NCBI GenBank assembly: GCA_965230295.1
Contig: OZ246001.1
Location: forward strand, 2,816,001-2,880,000
Reading direction: 5' to 3'
From: Marinicella sp.
GTDB lineage: Bacteria; Pseudomonadota; Gammaproteobacteria; Xanthomonadales; Marinicellaceae
Length of the DNA stretch: 64,000 bases
A model generated the notes under the pieces. It did not search any database, was not told the origin of the DNA, and was given only the letters and a program-made list of their open reading frames with translations. Shown here in pieces: positions 1-11,107 of the stretch. The stretch's first letter is position 1, and each line of letters starts with the position of its first letter. The position numbers and the translations under genes are program-made.

Positions 1-1
1 C

Positions 2-1543
2 GGTATTGATACTGGTCGAGGTACAGGAAACAATGTTTACACCTATGGAGGCATGCAAGACACCGGAACGGCTGCTGGTAACTCTACTTTGCAATCTGGT
101 GGCACATTTCCATGGCGAGAATGGGGTGGTGGAGATGGTGGTCAAGCAGCTGTGAATTGGCAAGATCCTCAGAAAGCTTATGGGATGTGGGGTAACATCA
201 TCTACACCCATGATGCCGGTGCCAGCTATCATTGGTCAACCGTCCATTGCCCAGATGGGCCTGCGCAAAGTTTTGCAGAACTGGAAACCGGACCTACCAA
301 TGGATTCGTGTATTTGTCCGGCGCATGTGGAAACATCCCGACTTTGTTTGAAAGCCAGGATGATGGCTTAAATTATTCTGTATACCACCAGTTCAATGGT
401 GTGAACGGGCAGGTTCGTTCCATAGGCGTGACGCCAGCCAATGCCAATACCATTTATGTGAGTTTATCTGATGGGACTGTGTATCGCTTGAATAAAGCGA
501 ATGGAGAAGTCAACGCAACAGACATTAACATACCGAACGCCATTGCTGGCCAGGTACCCAAATTAGCCGTTAATCAAGCCAATGCTGACTGGGTACTGGC
601 TGTCTATGCAGGTTATTCACAGCAGGTTCTTCCATCACGTTCTAAGCATGTGTACTTGTCATGGGATGCAGGTGCCAATTGGCGTGACATCAGCGGCCAG
701 AACCCAATGGGTTACATACCTGATTTACCGATTTACGCAGGGGTGTTTGATGTCAATTCAGAACCCAATTCAATTTTAGTGGCATCTGACTTTGGTGTGC
801 TCAGAACCTACGATTTTGGTTTGACCTGGCATGTGGCAGGCCCTGATTTACCCAATGTACATACCAATGACTTGGAAATTGATACATTGGTCTCGCCATC
901 ATTGGTTAAAGCAGGTACTTACGGTCGCAGCACCTGGTCTGCTGATTTGCCGGTTGGGGATCAAGTCTTTGGCCAACTTTCACCCAAATTTTATCCGGTG
1001 GGGAGCGTAAAATGGGTCAACAACACCAATGAAGATTTGAACATCAGTTGGATTGATCAAGTAGGCCGAGAAAATCCTTATGCCACTATACCAGCAGGCG
1101 CTCCCATCAATACCAATCACATGTATTTCACTGGTGTTTCCGTGGTCCGTGACCAGGCGAAAAATGTGGTTTTACCTTATGTGGTCAATGGCAGCAACGA
1201 CCAAGAAGTGGTCATCAGTCAAGCAGCATTGGACCGGGCCAAGGCCAATGCCCTGACTGGTTTTCCAGGAATGCGTTCGGTTCCCGGCTCGCACCAAGTT
1301 ACTAACTTTCCGGTCAACAACCATTCCAGCCAGACATTGGATGTCAACTGGATCCAACCCGATGGTGAGACCAGGCAGATGATGCAATTGAAAGCCGGCG
1401 GTAAAGCTTCAATAGGTCCGGTGTATTTTGGTGGCACCTTTACATTTACTGATACCAATCGGAAGGTGGTGGGGGTCTTTACAGCATCGGATGCCAGGGG
1501 ACAGTCCATGGACATCAACGATACTTTGATTAACTCTTGGTAG
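2..1543 (+). CDS. 5'-truncated BNR/Asp-box beta-propeller protein (VPS10/xyloglucanase-like) with two C-terminal VHL-beta-like domains
   Basis: Frame is open from nt 2 (GIDTGRGTGNNVYTYGGMQDTG), so the gene starts before the window. Asp-box repeats THDAGASY, SQDDGLNY, SWDAGANW, TYDFGLTW and the GTYGRSTW blade end; two N-x(6)-W-I-x-x-x-G units at the C-terminus. Confidence 0.7.
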   Translation, partial: GIDTGRGTGNNVYTYGGMQDTGTAAGNSTLQSGGTFPWREWGGGDGGQAAVNWQDPQKAYGMWGNIIYTHDAGASYHWSTVHCPDGPAQSFAELETGPTNGFVYLSGACGNIPTLFESQDDGLNYSVYHQFNGVNGQVRSIGVTPANANTIYVSLSDGTVYRLNKANGEVNATDINIPNAIAGQVPKLAVNQANADWVLAVYAGYSQQVLPSRSKHVYLSWDAGANWRDISGQNPMGYIPDLPIYAGVFDVNSEPNSILVASDFGVLRTYDFGLTWHVAGPDLPNVHTNDLEIDTLVSPSLVKAGTYGRSTWSADLPVGDQVFGQLSPKFYPVGSVKWVNNTNEDLNISWIDQVGRENPYATIPAGAPINTNHMYFTGVSVVRDQAKNVVLPYVVNGSNDQEVVISQAALDRAKANALTGFPGMRSVPGSHQVTNFPVNNHSSQTLDVNWIQPDGETRQMMQLKAGGKASIGPVYFGGTFTFTDTNRKVVGVFTASDARGQSMDINDTLINSW

Positions 1544-1619
1544 TCCAAGCGTTGGCTGTGCTCTCGAGATGACTTGAGATCATGTTGGCGCATTCAGGGG
1601 AGGCTTTATTCAGCTTCCC

Positions 1620-3227
1620 CTATTTTTTAGTCATTGTAGATTGCTCGATGGCATGGGCTGCAAAACCTGCGCCGGCTTCAGTGTGCATGTCAAACACGAT
1701 TTTTACACCCGCTTCGTTGAGTTGTGTCATCTCATCCTCAAATTTAGCTGTGGCAGCAATTTTTCCTTTAAAACCAGTTTCTTGAAGCATTTCAACGACC
1801 TCCATGGTGGAACTGAAGTTGGGCAGGGTTAACAGCACCAGTTCGAGCTGGTTGGATTGATTAACCCGATCCCAAAAATCTGGGTCACTGGGATCGCCCA
1901 ATATGACGTTGCGGCTGTCGTTGCATTGGTTGGTCACTGTAGTGGCGTTGATGTCAATGCCTACAACCTTGTTTTTGTGGTTTATATTTAACTGATCATA
2001 AGCACCGGTACCGACCGCACCCATACCGATGACAGCTATTTCGGCATCACCCAAATCAACCAATTGGTCATAGGACAGTCTGTGATCGCTTTGGGTTTTT
2101 TTCAATGTTTTTCGGTGTTGGGCATAAATGTTGTTGGCATGTGCACTGAGGATGGCTGAAATGATGAATGAAAACGCGATGGTCAAGGCCATCACCAGTA
2201 ACCAATCCTGATCAATCCAGTTGTTGGCTACACCGATTGCGATCACTATCAAACCAAATTCACTGTAATTGCTCAAGTTGATGGTTGACAAGAGTGAAGT
2301 TCGGGCCCTGAGGTTGAACTTAACGAATAAGTAATAAAACACACCTCCTTTGAGCACAATTAATGGTGTTAAGGCAGTCGCCATGAAAATGATGTCTGGC
2401 CCTGGTAAACCATTCAGACCCACCGAAAGAAAGAAGCCTAATAAGAACAAGTCTTTAAAGCCCAACATGGTTTTGACCAACTCTTCAGACTTGCGATGAG
2501 ATGCAATCATCACACCCAGTATCAGGGCCCCTAAATCACCTTTAACGCCCACCAATTCAAACACCTCAGCCCCACCCACAGCCAAGAGAAAGCCATACAA
2601 AATCAATAACTCACCGCGGCCCACCCAATCAAACACTTTGAACAAAATCGGTCGCAGTGGGATTAATAGCAACAATGAGAGGGCCCAGACAGAAGGCATT
2701 TTGCCAGTGGATGTGGCCAAAAAGACCACTGCAAAAATATCCTGGATGATCAGGATGCCAATGGCTAAGCGGCCGTGTAAGGAATCCATTTCTCCTTTTT
2801 CTTCCATGGCTTTGACCACAAAGACAGTGCTGGAAAAACTCAAGGCAAAAGCCAATAATGCCGCTTGTTGCAGGGTTATACCTAACAGCAGTGTGGCACC
2901 AGAGGTGGCGGCCAACATGACCAACCCTGTGAACAAAACCACCACCACTGTGGTGTGAAGCAAAGTGACTCCCCAGACTTGTGGTCGGAGGATGTTTTTC
3001 GGGTTTATTTTCAGGCCGATGGTGAACAACAACAAGGTGATGCCCATATCAGCCATCTTGTTTAGCAAATTGCCATCGATGTTACTTTGTGAACTCAGAA
3101 CAAAACCGGCAATCAAAAACCCCACCATCGGTGGCAGCCCCATCCGTTTTGAGATCAAACCTAAAATAAACGCCATGCCTATCCACAGCAGGTCATTCAG
3201 TGCCAAAGCCACCCAAGCGAAATCCAT
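1620..3227 (-). CDS. CPA2-family cation:proton antiporter (KefC-like) with C-terminal TrkA-N/KTN domain
   Basis: Many TM helices, GLPPMVGFLIAG, LSFSSTVFVVK and GILIIQD motifs, C-terminal GMGAVG Rossmann motif. Confidence 0.9.
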   Translation of the reverse strand: MDFAWVALALNDLLWIGMAFILGLISKRMGLPPMVGFLIAGFVLSSQSNIDGNLLNKMADMGITLLLFTIGLKINPKNILRPQVWGVTLLHTTVVVVLFTGLVMLAATSGATLLLGITLQQAALLAFALSFSSTVFVVKAMEEKGEMDSLHGRLAIGILIIQDIFAVVFLATSTGKMPSVWALSLLLLIPLRPILFKVFDWVGRGELLILYGFLLAVGGAEVFELVGVKGDLGALILGVMIASHRKSEELVKTMLGFKDLFLLGFFLSVGLNGLPGPDIIFMATALTPLIVLKGGVFYYLFVKFNLRARTSLLSTINLSNYSEFGLIVIAIGVANNWIDQDWLLVMALTIAFSFIISAILSAHANNIYAQHRKTLKKTQSDHRLSYDQLVDLGDAEIAVIGMGAVGTGAYDQLNINHKNKVVGIDINATTVTNQCNDSRNVILGDPSDPDFWDRVNQSNQLELVLLTLPNFSSTMEVVEMLQETGFKGKIAATAKFEDEMTQLNEAGVKIVFDMHTEAGAGFAAHAIEQSTMTKK

Positions 3228-3367
3228 ACAGTTGATCCATCTGTTAAATCAAAAACAAAAGTGTGCACTGCTCAGCAGATGATTTCAATCTCTAAGTCAT
3301 GAAAAGTTCAGAATTTTAATGATTGTAGGGTGGCATGAATGATTGGTGAGGATGGGCAAGCCATTGA

Positions 3368-5284
3368 CTATCCCTCGAAATCATCTTCATAAATCAAATC
3401 AGCAGGGTTCCACTTGACCAAAGCACGACACAATTGATTTTGTGTATTGGCTTGAAATTCAAATTTGAGCCTGTCGGTTCCAGCACCATCGAAGCTGAGC
3501 TGAAACTGGGCCAAGCCATTCACATCGGTGTTGGTGTTGATCGATGTACCAGCATGGGGTCCTTCGGTAATATTCATGGTAACGGCATGAGCGTCCATTG
3601 GCGCCCCATTCAATTCGTGCAACCACAAGTTGATGGTGGTAGGTTGGGCATCTCCTTCATTGACAAAGCTCATGAAAGTGGTGTGGCAATATCGCCCGAT
3701 ACTGACAGTCTGATTGGCCATGATTGCTGTGCTCAAAGTTTGATTAACTCCGTCAGGCCAGGTAATTTGTATACTTTGGGTTTGGGCTTCAGTGGCCAAT
3801 CCAAAGTGTTGGGTTAACGAGTTGTTCGACAAATAGTTGTTGTCATGGCGCAGTTCTCTGGTTTGGCTCATGCCAAGGGTGTGGACAGTGATTTTTGAGT
3901 TGGTGGCATAGGGGTTACTGCCCGTATCAAACAGTCTGATGGCCAAATGATTGTTGCTGTTGACCAAATTGTTCTGGTACAGTTTATAGCCATCATTATT
4001 TGGCATCACCAAAATATCTAAATCACCATCCAGGTCATAGTCAACGCAGCTGACACCTCGACCTTGTCCTGTGTAGTCCAAACCAAAAGCAGCCGAAGAT
4101 TCAGTAAAAGTGCCATCCCCATTGGCAAGAAACAATCGACTTGGATCCTCATGAAATTCAACACCGATGATTGGCGATGGAAAACCGTTCTCGTGGTAAA
4201 TATCCAGATGCCCGTCATTATTGAAGTCTGCAAAGCAAGATCCCCAGCCCCAATAACCTTCTCGCACGCCTGTTTCATCGGTGGCATCTTCAAATACACC
4301 ATTGCCGGTATTTCGGTAAAAACGATTTCCAGTTACGCCCCAATTGCCTTCTGCAATGCCATCAGGATCCCAAATACTGCTGACGAACCAATCCATGTCT
4401 CCGTCATTGTCATAATCCCCGATGGCAGAACCCATACCGTTTTCATCAGTGATGAATGCCGGTTGAGTTACACTGAATGTGAGCTGGTTATTGAGAATGC
4501 CGTTTGAATATAAAATTCTGGTGGTACCAAAATCAGAAGTCATCAATACATCCAGCCATCCATCGTTGTTGATGTCAGTCACATTTGGGGTAAATGTCCA
4601 TTTATTGAAATTGGCATTTTGAGGAATACCTAAATAGGTTAAAGTCACATCCGTGAATTGACCGTTGCCATCATTCTCCCAAAACAATTGCTTACTGGTG
4701 GTGGCATTGTCAGATGACCAATGGGTCATGAACAAGTCAAGATCACCGTCTTTATCCAAATCAGCCAAGGAGCCACCATAACTGGGCATGCCTGAATAAA
4801 AACCTGAAGTGAGTGTGGCATCTGAGAAAGTTTGATCACCTTGGTTGATGAACAAGCGCGGGCGGTTTTCTAACACATTGATATCAGTACCAACGGGATC
4901 TTTCCAGTGGTTGATAGAAAACACCAACAAATCCAAATCAAAATCACCATCCACATCAGCGAATATGGGCCCTGAGCCTAAGATGTCGTATAAATCAACG
5001 CCAGCGGTCGCCGCCACGTTAATGAAGGTGCCATCGCCATTGTTTTGGTAAAGTGCATTGTGGTTGTTACTGCCACCCAGTAAGTAGAAATCAACATAGC
5101 CATCAAAGTTAAAATCAGCCACCGCACCGCCAGCTGCGATGTCTACTGGCTCTTTGGGTTTTTCTGTGTAATTGGAATGTACCAGATTGATTCCGGCCTG
5201 GGAACTGACTTCATTAAATGTTTGTGCATTGGCAGTCAGACAAAAAAATCCCATGACAAGCAATAACAAATGGTCTGATCTCAT
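3368..5284 (-). CDS. Secreted CRTAC1-family protein (FG-GAP repeats + ASPIC/UnbV), C-terminal Ig-like domain and DLIYEDDFE tail
   Basis: Signal peptide from MRSDHLLLL (start moved to 5284); repeated D-x-D/N-x-D-G-x-x-D motifs; HFGL..IxWPDG ASPIC/UnbV signature. Confidence 0.85.
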   Translation of the reverse strand: MRSDHLLLLVMGFFCLTANAQTFNEVSSQAGINLVHSNYTEKPKEPVDIAAGGAVADFNFDGYVDFYLLGGSNNHNALYQNNGDGTFINVAATAGVDLYDILGSGPIFADVDGDFDLDLLVFSINHWKDPVGTDINVLENRPRLFINQGDQTFSDATLTSGFYSGMPSYGGSLADLDKDGDLDLFMTHWSSDNATTSKQLFWENDGNGQFTDVTLTYLGIPQNANFNKWTFTPNVTDINNDGWLDVLMTSDFGTTRILYSNGILNNQLTFSVTQPAFITDENGMGSAIGDYDNDGDMDWFVSSIWDPDGIAEGNWGVTGNRFYRNTGNGVFEDATDETGVREGYWGWGSCFADFNNDGHLDIYHENGFPSPIIGVEFHEDPSRLFLANGDGTFTESSAAFGLDYTGQGRGVSCVDYDLDGDLDILVMPNNDGYKLYQNNLVNSNNHLAIRLFDTGSNPYATNSKITVHTLGMSQTRELRHDNNYLSNNSLTQHFGLATEAQTQSIQITWPDGVNQTLSTAIMANQTVSIGRYCHTTFMSFVNEGDAQPTTINLWLHELNGAPMDAHAVTMNITEGPHAGTSINTNTDVNGLAQFQLSFDGAGTDRLKFEFQANTQNQLCRALVKWNPADLIYEDDFEG

Positions 5285-5603
5285 AAAATATTTAAATTGG
5301 GTTTGTGGTTCGATGATTAATGATGCAACTTTTATATCAACAAATTTTGTTGAGCACAACATAAACAAAGGATTTTAAACCATTTACAGCTAAGCCAGTG
5401 TTTTAAATCAACAGTTACTGAACAGTTACAGTTTAAATTTCAGTGCACTTTGAAATGGCGGGTCATGCAGGTACAATTTTCGGGTTTATTTGTACTTCTG
5501 ATGTGGGTTTAAGTGGATGATTTGGAAGCTGCCGGTGTTTCTCAGGTTAATCAACATGGTCCAATGGTACATCCACTTCAGATATTGCCCATGGGTGACA
5601 AGA

Positions 5604-5837
5604 CTATCTTATGGGTTCACATTTGAATGTGCGTTGTGCTTTACCTGTTTTCTTGTCTTCATCCGTGGACTTGATAACAATTTCTGTGCTGTAAACGGGT
5701 TCGTAGCCGATGGGACACTGCTGTTGGAAATCAGCTTTGCCACCTTGGGTCGGGTCCAAAGGATCGATGGGGTCGGAAGCGCAGCTGGCCAAAGCCAGTG
5801 TCAACATACCGATGACTGGGGTGTTTTTTAGATTCAT
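5604..5837 (-). CDS. Small predicted lipoprotein
   Basis: Lipobox LASC, two further Cys, purine-rich RBS upstream. Confidence 0.65.
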   Translation of the reverse strand: MNLKNTPVIGMLTLALASCASDPIDPLDPTQGGKADFQQQCPIGYEPVYSTEIVIKSTDEDKKTGKAQRTFKCEPIR

Positions 5838-6272
5838 GTTTCCGCTCTTTTTTGGTTGTGCTTAGATTCTAGCAAACAGAAAATTATGATTGTGTGAAAT
5901 CATGCATAAATTCTTATAAAGGAACACTGAGGAAGGCCACAGGTTTTAGCAAGAAATACTCTCATGAAAACGACGACTTCTCATGTTTTTTCGGTGTTTT
6001 GGTGGTACAATATCGGCGCTCAATTATGGTGGCTTCTTAAGTTATGCAGTCCATCACAGGGGGACATCCTGTTTGAGTTCAAAAGGGCTGCAAGACAGCT
6101 CAAATTGCTGCGATTCACTGTTCATGTTTTTGGATGAGGATTCAGCAATGATTTCTAAAGTAAGATTTTGATGCTGAAGACGTGTGCAATGACAAAGATC
6201 GTTGCAACCACGCTGTCTGAAGAAAATCACAGGTAATGGGCTTGGCCCACCAACAAATTAAAAGGTATATCT

Positions 6273-7769
6273 ATGACACGTAAAGTCTCTATGTTTATTG
6301 ATGGTCAATCAGTGATCAGCGAATCTGCTGACTGGTTGGATGTGACCGATCCGGCAACTCAAGAAGCCATTTGCCAAGTTCCGATGGCAACGGAAGCGGA
6401 AATGGAACGCGCCATTGCTTCGGCCAAAAAAGCGTTTGAAACCTGGAAAGATGTACCAGTCACCAAACGGGCACGTATGATGTTGAACTTTCAACATTTG
6501 CTGAAGGAACACCACGATGAATTGGCTGAAATCCTGGCCGAAGAAACCGGCAAAAATTTCGAAGATGCCAAAGGCGATGTCTGGCGTGGTATTGAAGTGG
6601 CAGAACACGCCGCCAACATCCCATCCATGATGATGGGTGAGACGGTTGAAAATGTGGCCTCTAAAGTGGATACCTATTCTTTGATCCAACCTTTGGGTGT
6701 TTGTGCGGGGATCACGCCCTTTAATTTTCCTGCAATGATTCCATTGTGGATGTTCCCAATGGCCATTGTTTGTGGCAACACTTTTGTTCTGAAGCCATCA
6801 GAACAAGACCCCAACACCCCCATGCGTCTGGCTGAATTGTTTTATCAAGCAGGTTTCCCTAAAGACGTATTACAAGTGGTTCATGGCGGTAAAGACCAAG
6901 TGGACCAAATCTTGAATCACCAAGACATCGAAGCCATTTCTTTTGTGGGTTCAGTGCCAGTGGGTGAACACATATACAAAACCGGCACCGATAACCTGAA
7001 ACGGGTTCAAGCGTTTGCTGGTGCTAAAAACCACATGGTGGTGATGCCGGATGCCAACAAAAATCAAGTGATCAATAACATCGCTGGTTCTGCATGTGGT
7101 GCTGCCGGCCAACGTTGTATGGCCATTTCGGTGGCAGTATTGGTGGGTGAAACCAGAGAGTGGATGGATGAGATCAAAGGCAAAATGGCCGAGATGAAGC
7201 CAGGGCATTGGAAGAAGCCTGACTCCTTTTATGGTCCCTTGATTTCACCCCAAGCCAAAGCAAGGGTAGAAGCTCTGATAGCCAAAGGTGTTGAAGAAGG
7301 TGCTGATTTGTTGCTCGATGGTCGTGGTTTGGAAGTTGAAGGATACCCCAATGGCAACTGGCTCGGCCCCAGTCTGTTTGACAACGTCACGACTGACATG
7401 AGTATTTACAGTGAGGAAATTTTTGGTCCGGTACTGTGTGTCATGCACGCAGAAACCCTGGAAGAAGCCATCGAGTTGATCAACAACAACCCTTATGGCA
7501 ACGGTACATCAATTTTCACATCATCAGGTGCTGCTGCACGCAAATTCCAACATGAAATTAAGGTGGGGCAAGTAGGCATCAACATCCCCATTCCAGTGCC
7601 ATTACCATTCTTCTCGTTCACCGGCTGGAGAAAATCCTTCTACGGTGATCAACATGCCTACGGTAAACAAGCCGTGCGTTTTTATACGGAAACCAAAACC
7701 ATCACTTCTCGTTGGTTTGAATCTGACATTCCGGATGATGCGGCACCGAATGCCACCATCAACTTATAA
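6273..7769 (+). CDS. mmsA: CoA-acylating methylmalonate-semialdehyde dehydrogenase
   Basis: [34 protein letters not shown] motifs. Confidence 0.95.
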   Translation: MTRKVSMFIDGQSVISESADWLDVTDPATQEAICQVPMATEAEMERAIASAKKAFETWKDVPVTKRARMMLNFQHLLKEHHDELAEILAEETGKNFEDAKGDVWRGIEVAEHAANIPSMMMGETVENVASKVDTYSLIQPLGVCAGITPFNFPAMIPLWMFPMAIVCGNTFVLKPSEQDPNTPMRLAELFYQAGFPKDVLQVVHGGKDQVDQILNHQDIEAISFVGSVPVGEHIYKTGTDNLKRVQAFAGAKNHMVVMPDANKNQVINNIAGSACGAAGQRCMAISVAVLVGETREWMDEIKGKMAEMKPGHWKKPDSFYGPLISPQAKARVEALIAKGVEEGADLLLDGRGLEVEGYPNGNWLGPSLFDNVTTDMSIYSEEIFGPVLCVMHAETLEEAIELINNNPYGNGTSIFTSSGAAARKFQHEIKVGQVGINIPIPVPLPFFSFTGWRKSFYGDQHAYGKQAVRFYTETKTITSRWFESDIPDDAAPNATINL

Positions 7770-7783
7770 AAAGGTGCCGAAAA

Positions 7784-8944
7784 ATGAATTTTGAATTGAA
7801 TGAAGACCAACAAGCTTTTGTTGATGCCGCCAAAGAATACGCCGCCAGCGAGATGGCCCCACATGCGGCCAAATGGGATGAGGAAAGTTTCTTCCCGGTT
7901 GATGTGATTCGCAACACCGGGGAATTGGGTTTCTTGGGTATTTACTCGCCTGAAGCCTATGGCGGTTTGGGGTTGAGCCGTTTGGATGCATCATTGATTT
8001 TTGAGGAAATGTCCAAGCACTGTACATCGACCACAGCCTACTTAACGATCCACAACATGTGTGCCTGGATGTTAACCACCTTTGGCAGTGAAAAATTGGC
8101 CAGTGAATGGGGCACCAAACTCACCTCGGGTGAATTGTTGGCATCTTATTGTTTGACCGAGCCTGGACATGGGTCTGATGCTGGCAATTTGAAAACAACG
8201 GCAACCAAGACGGACAGCGGTTATGTGCTCAATGGCAGCAAGACATTCATATCAGGTGCGGGTTCTACTGAAATTCTGATCGTCATGGCACGTACTGGCG
8301 AGGCCGGTCCGAAAGGTGTTTCGTGCTTTATGGTACCGGCTGACAGCGCCGGAATTTCTTACGGCAAGAAAGAAGACAAAATGGGTTGGAATTCTCAACC
8401 CACCAGACTGATCACTTTTGAAGACGTTAAAATACCTTTAGAAAATTTGATAGGTGATGAGGGCGAAGGTTTTAAATTCGCCATGAAAGGTTTAGATGGT
8501 GGTCGCATCAACATCGCATCCTGTTCATTAGGAACCGCTCAGGCCGCGTTGAACCAGGCACAGGCCTACATGTTGGAACGCAAGCAGTTTGGTAAAACTT
8601 TGGCGTCATTCCAGGCTTTACAGTTCAAATTGGCTGACATGTTGACTGAGTTGATTGCTGCACGTCAAATGGTTCGCTTGGCTGCACATAAGCTGGATCA
8701 TAAACACCAGCAAGCTTCTGCGTATTGCGCCATGGCCAAACGCTTTGCCACCGACGTTTGTTTTCAGATTTGTGATGAAGCTTTACAGTTACATGGTGGC
8801 TATGGTTACATCAAAGAGTACCCCCTAGAGCGCCATGTGCGTGATACCCGTGTACACCGCATCTTGGAAGGCACCAATGAAATTATGCGCCTGATCATAT
8901 CCCGCAAAATATTACAAGAAGGTGCCGCTGAGGTGATCATCTGA
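7784..8944 (+). CDS. Acyl-CoA dehydrogenase (isobutyryl-CoA dehydrogenase-like)
   Basis: YCLTEPGHGSDA, LNGSKTFISG, LQLHGGYGY, ILEGTNEIMR; operon context. Confidence 0.92.
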   Translation: MNFELNEDQQAFVDAAKEYAASEMAPHAAKWDEESFFPVDVIRNTGELGFLGIYSPEAYGGLGLSRLDASLIFEEMSKHCTSTTAYLTIHNMCAWMLTTFGSEKLASEWGTKLTSGELLASYCLTEPGHGSDAGNLKTTATKTDSGYVLNGSKTFISGAGSTEILIVMARTGEAGPKGVSCFMVPADSAGISYGKKEDKMGWNSQPTRLITFEDVKIPLENLIGDEGEGFKFAMKGLDGGRINIASCSLGTAQAALNQAQAYMLERKQFGKTLASFQALQFKLADMLTELIAARQMVRLAAHKLDHKHQQASAYCAMAKRFATDVCFQICDEALQLHGGYGYIKEYPLERHVRDTRVHRILEGTNEIMRLIISRKILQEGAAEVII

Positions 8945-10047
8945 TGAATGAGGCAGTCTACGCTGAAACCACTCACAAACTCAGTGAGAACATCAAAACC
9001 AAGTTGGTAGAAGCGGATTTTGGCTTGTTGGGCAAAATCGTTTTGGATAAACCCAAGGCACTGAATGCCATATCGACTGACATGATTGAAGCCATGCAGG
9101 CCACTTTGGATGCCTGGGCTGATGATGGTCAAGTGAAAGCCGTGTGGATAGAAGGTGCCGGTGATAAAGCGTTTTGTGCCGGTGGCGATGTGGTGATGCT
9201 GTACCGATCGATGCAAGAAACAGCGCAAGGCGATGTGCCAGCCAAAGCCCATGAGTTTTTCACCAAGGAATATAAGCTGGATCAAACCATCCACAACTAT
9301 GCCAAACCCGTCATTATTTATGCCGACGGCATTGTCATGGGTGGCGGTTTGGGCGTGGCTGTGGGTGGTTCGCACCGCATTGTGACTGAACGCTCAATGA
9401 TAGCGATGCCAGAAGTGACCATTGGCTTGTATCCAGATGTGGGTGCATCCTGGTTTTTTAATCGCATGCCTGGTAAATGTGCCGAGTTTCTGGGCATGAC
9501 TGGCGCACGCATGAATGCAGCCGATGCCTTGTTCACCAAATTGGCTGATTTTGCGGTGAACACAGAAGATCTGGCAACCATGCAGTTGGCCATTTTACAG
9601 TCTGATGGCACCCATGATGGCATCACTGCGGCGATCCAGTCAGCGCAAATGGAACAACGGGTCCATGAATCGCAGCTGTGGGTTAATTATGAATTGATCA
9701 ATGAGTTGATGGCGCCGGTTGATTTGGCCGATGTGGTGCAACAATTCAGGGACTTGGAAACCGAAGACAAGTGGCTGGGGTTCGCCGCCAAGGCCTTGTT
9801 GGGTGGTTGTCCCATGACTTTACATTTGGTCAGGGAACAAATTCAAAGGGCCAAGCACATGAGCCTGTCTGAAGTTTTTTCGATGGAGCTGAACATGTCA
9901 ACCCAATGTGCCATGCATGCCGATTTACCAGAAGGTATACGCGCTTTATTGATAGATAAAGACAACCAACCCGAATGGAGTGTAGAATCTGTATCAGACA
10001 TCACCCCGGAAATGGTTGAGGTGTTTTTTACCCAGCCACAACTATAA
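8944..10047 (+). CDS. 3-hydroxyisobutyryl-CoA hydrolase (crotonase family)
   Basis: KAFCAGGD, GIVMGGG, AMPEVTIGLYPDVG, EGIRALLIDKD; stop/start coupled to the upstream gene. Confidence 0.9.
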   Translation: MNEAVYAETTHKLSENIKTKLVEADFGLLGKIVLDKPKALNAISTDMIEAMQATLDAWADDGQVKAVWIEGAGDKAFCAGGDVVMLYRSMQETAQGDVPAKAHEFFTKEYKLDQTIHNYAKPVIIYADGIVMGGGLGVAVGGSHRIVTERSMIAMPEVTIGLYPDVGASWFFNRMPGKCAEFLGMTGARMNAADALFTKLADFAVNTEDLATMQLAILQSDGTHDGITAAIQSAQMEQRVHESQLWVNYELINELMAPVDLADVVQQFRDLETEDKWLGFAAKALLGGCPMTLHLVREQIQRAKHMSLSEVFSMELNMSTQCAMHADLPEGIRALLIDKDNQPEWSVESVSDITPEMVEVFFTQPQL

Positions 10048-10064
10048 ATATTAGAGGAATTGTT

Positions 10065-10955
10065 ATGAGTCAAAATATCGCTTTTATCGGTTTAGGTAAC
10101 ATGGGTGGACCCATGGCCAAAAACCTGATCAAGAACAATTTTACAGTCACCGTCTATGACTTGAACCAAGACGCCATGGCTGATCTTAAAGCAGCTGGTG
10201 CTGACACAGTGGATAACGCCAAGGCAGCCGTTCAAAATGCAGATGTGATCATTTCGATGTTGCCCAATGGTGCCATCGTAAAATCTTTGTACATTGGTGC
10301 CAATGGTTTGATCAACGAAGTCAAAGATGATGTGTTGATCATCGACTCTTCTACCATTGCAGCCGACGACGCCCGAGCGGTGGCCAAAGCCTGTGAACAA
10401 AAAGGCATTGCCATGATTGATGCACCAGTTTCAGGTGGTACCGCAGCAGCCGAAGCCGGCACCCTAACATTCATCTGTGGTGGTGAGGCAGCGCATTTTG
10501 AAGCGGCCAAAACAGTATTAACGGCCATGGGTAGACACATTTTCCATGCCGGTGCTTCAGGTGCAGGCCAAGTGGCAAAAATTTGTAACAACATGCTGTT
10601 GGCCATCCACATGATTGGTACGGCCGAAGCATTGAATATGGGCGCTCAACAGGGTTTGGACCCAGCTGTGATGTCAGAAATCATGAAGGCCAGTTCAGGC
10701 AACAACTGGTCATTGCAAGTCTATAACCCATACCCCAATGTGATGCCCAATGTACCTGCCAGCAAGGACTATGCCGGTGGATTCATGGTGGATTTGATGA
10801 GTAAAGACCTGGGCTTGTCACAAGAGTTGGCGGCCAAATCAAAGAGCGCCACACCTTTGGGCGCGCTGGCTACCCAGTTGTATCAAATCCACCAGGCCGG
10901 TGGTGCAGGTGGTCTGGACTTTTCCAGCATCTTACAGTTGTTACAAAACAAATGA
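10065..10955 (+). CDS. mmsB: 3-hydroxyisobutyrate dehydrogenase
   Basis: FIGLGNMGGPMA, DAPVSGG, KICNNMLL motifs. Confidence 0.95.
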   Translation: MSQNIAFIGLGNMGGPMAKNLIKNNFTVTVYDLNQDAMADLKAAGADTVDNAKAAVQNADVIISMLPNGAIVKSLYIGANGLINEVKDDVLIIDSSTIAADDARAVAKACEQKGIAMIDAPVSGGTAAAEAGTLTFICGGEAAHFEAAKTVLTAMGRHIFHAGASGAGQVAKICNNMLLAIHMIGTAEALNMGAQQGLDPAVMSEIMKASSGNNWSLQVYNPYPNVMPNVPASKDYAGGFMVDLMSKDLGLSQELAAKSKSATPLGALATQLYQIHQAGGAGGLDFSSILQLLQNK

Positions 10956-10974
10956 TTTAACTGAACTGATGATT

Positions 10975-11005
10975 AAAGCCTTGTTCAGCAGCAAGGCTTT
11001 TTATT
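10975..11005 (+). terminator. Intrinsic terminator after the mms operon
   Basis: AAAGCCTTG...CAAGGCTTT stem followed by a T-tract. Confidence 0.8.
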
Positions 11006-11024
11006 CGTTACTGTGTTTCATAAA

Positions 11025-11081
11025 ATAGAATACAGCGATATAAACATTCCATTTTACAGAATGGTGTAAGTTGCATAAACT
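11025..11081 (+). promoter_or_regulatory. Probable OxyR-type site plus sigma70 promoter of the catalase gene
   Basis: ATAG-N7-CGAT-N13-TTTACA-N17-TAAACT; the same architecture is present upstream of dps. Confidence 0.6.
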
Positions 11082-11107
11082 GGGTTCATCATAACAACAA
11101 GAGAACA

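Noticed and set aside
6120-6240. Glycine riboswitch or hammerhead in the mmsA leader
   Set aside because: Only fragments (CTGAAGA, CAGGT) resemble the cores; the full consensus is absent.
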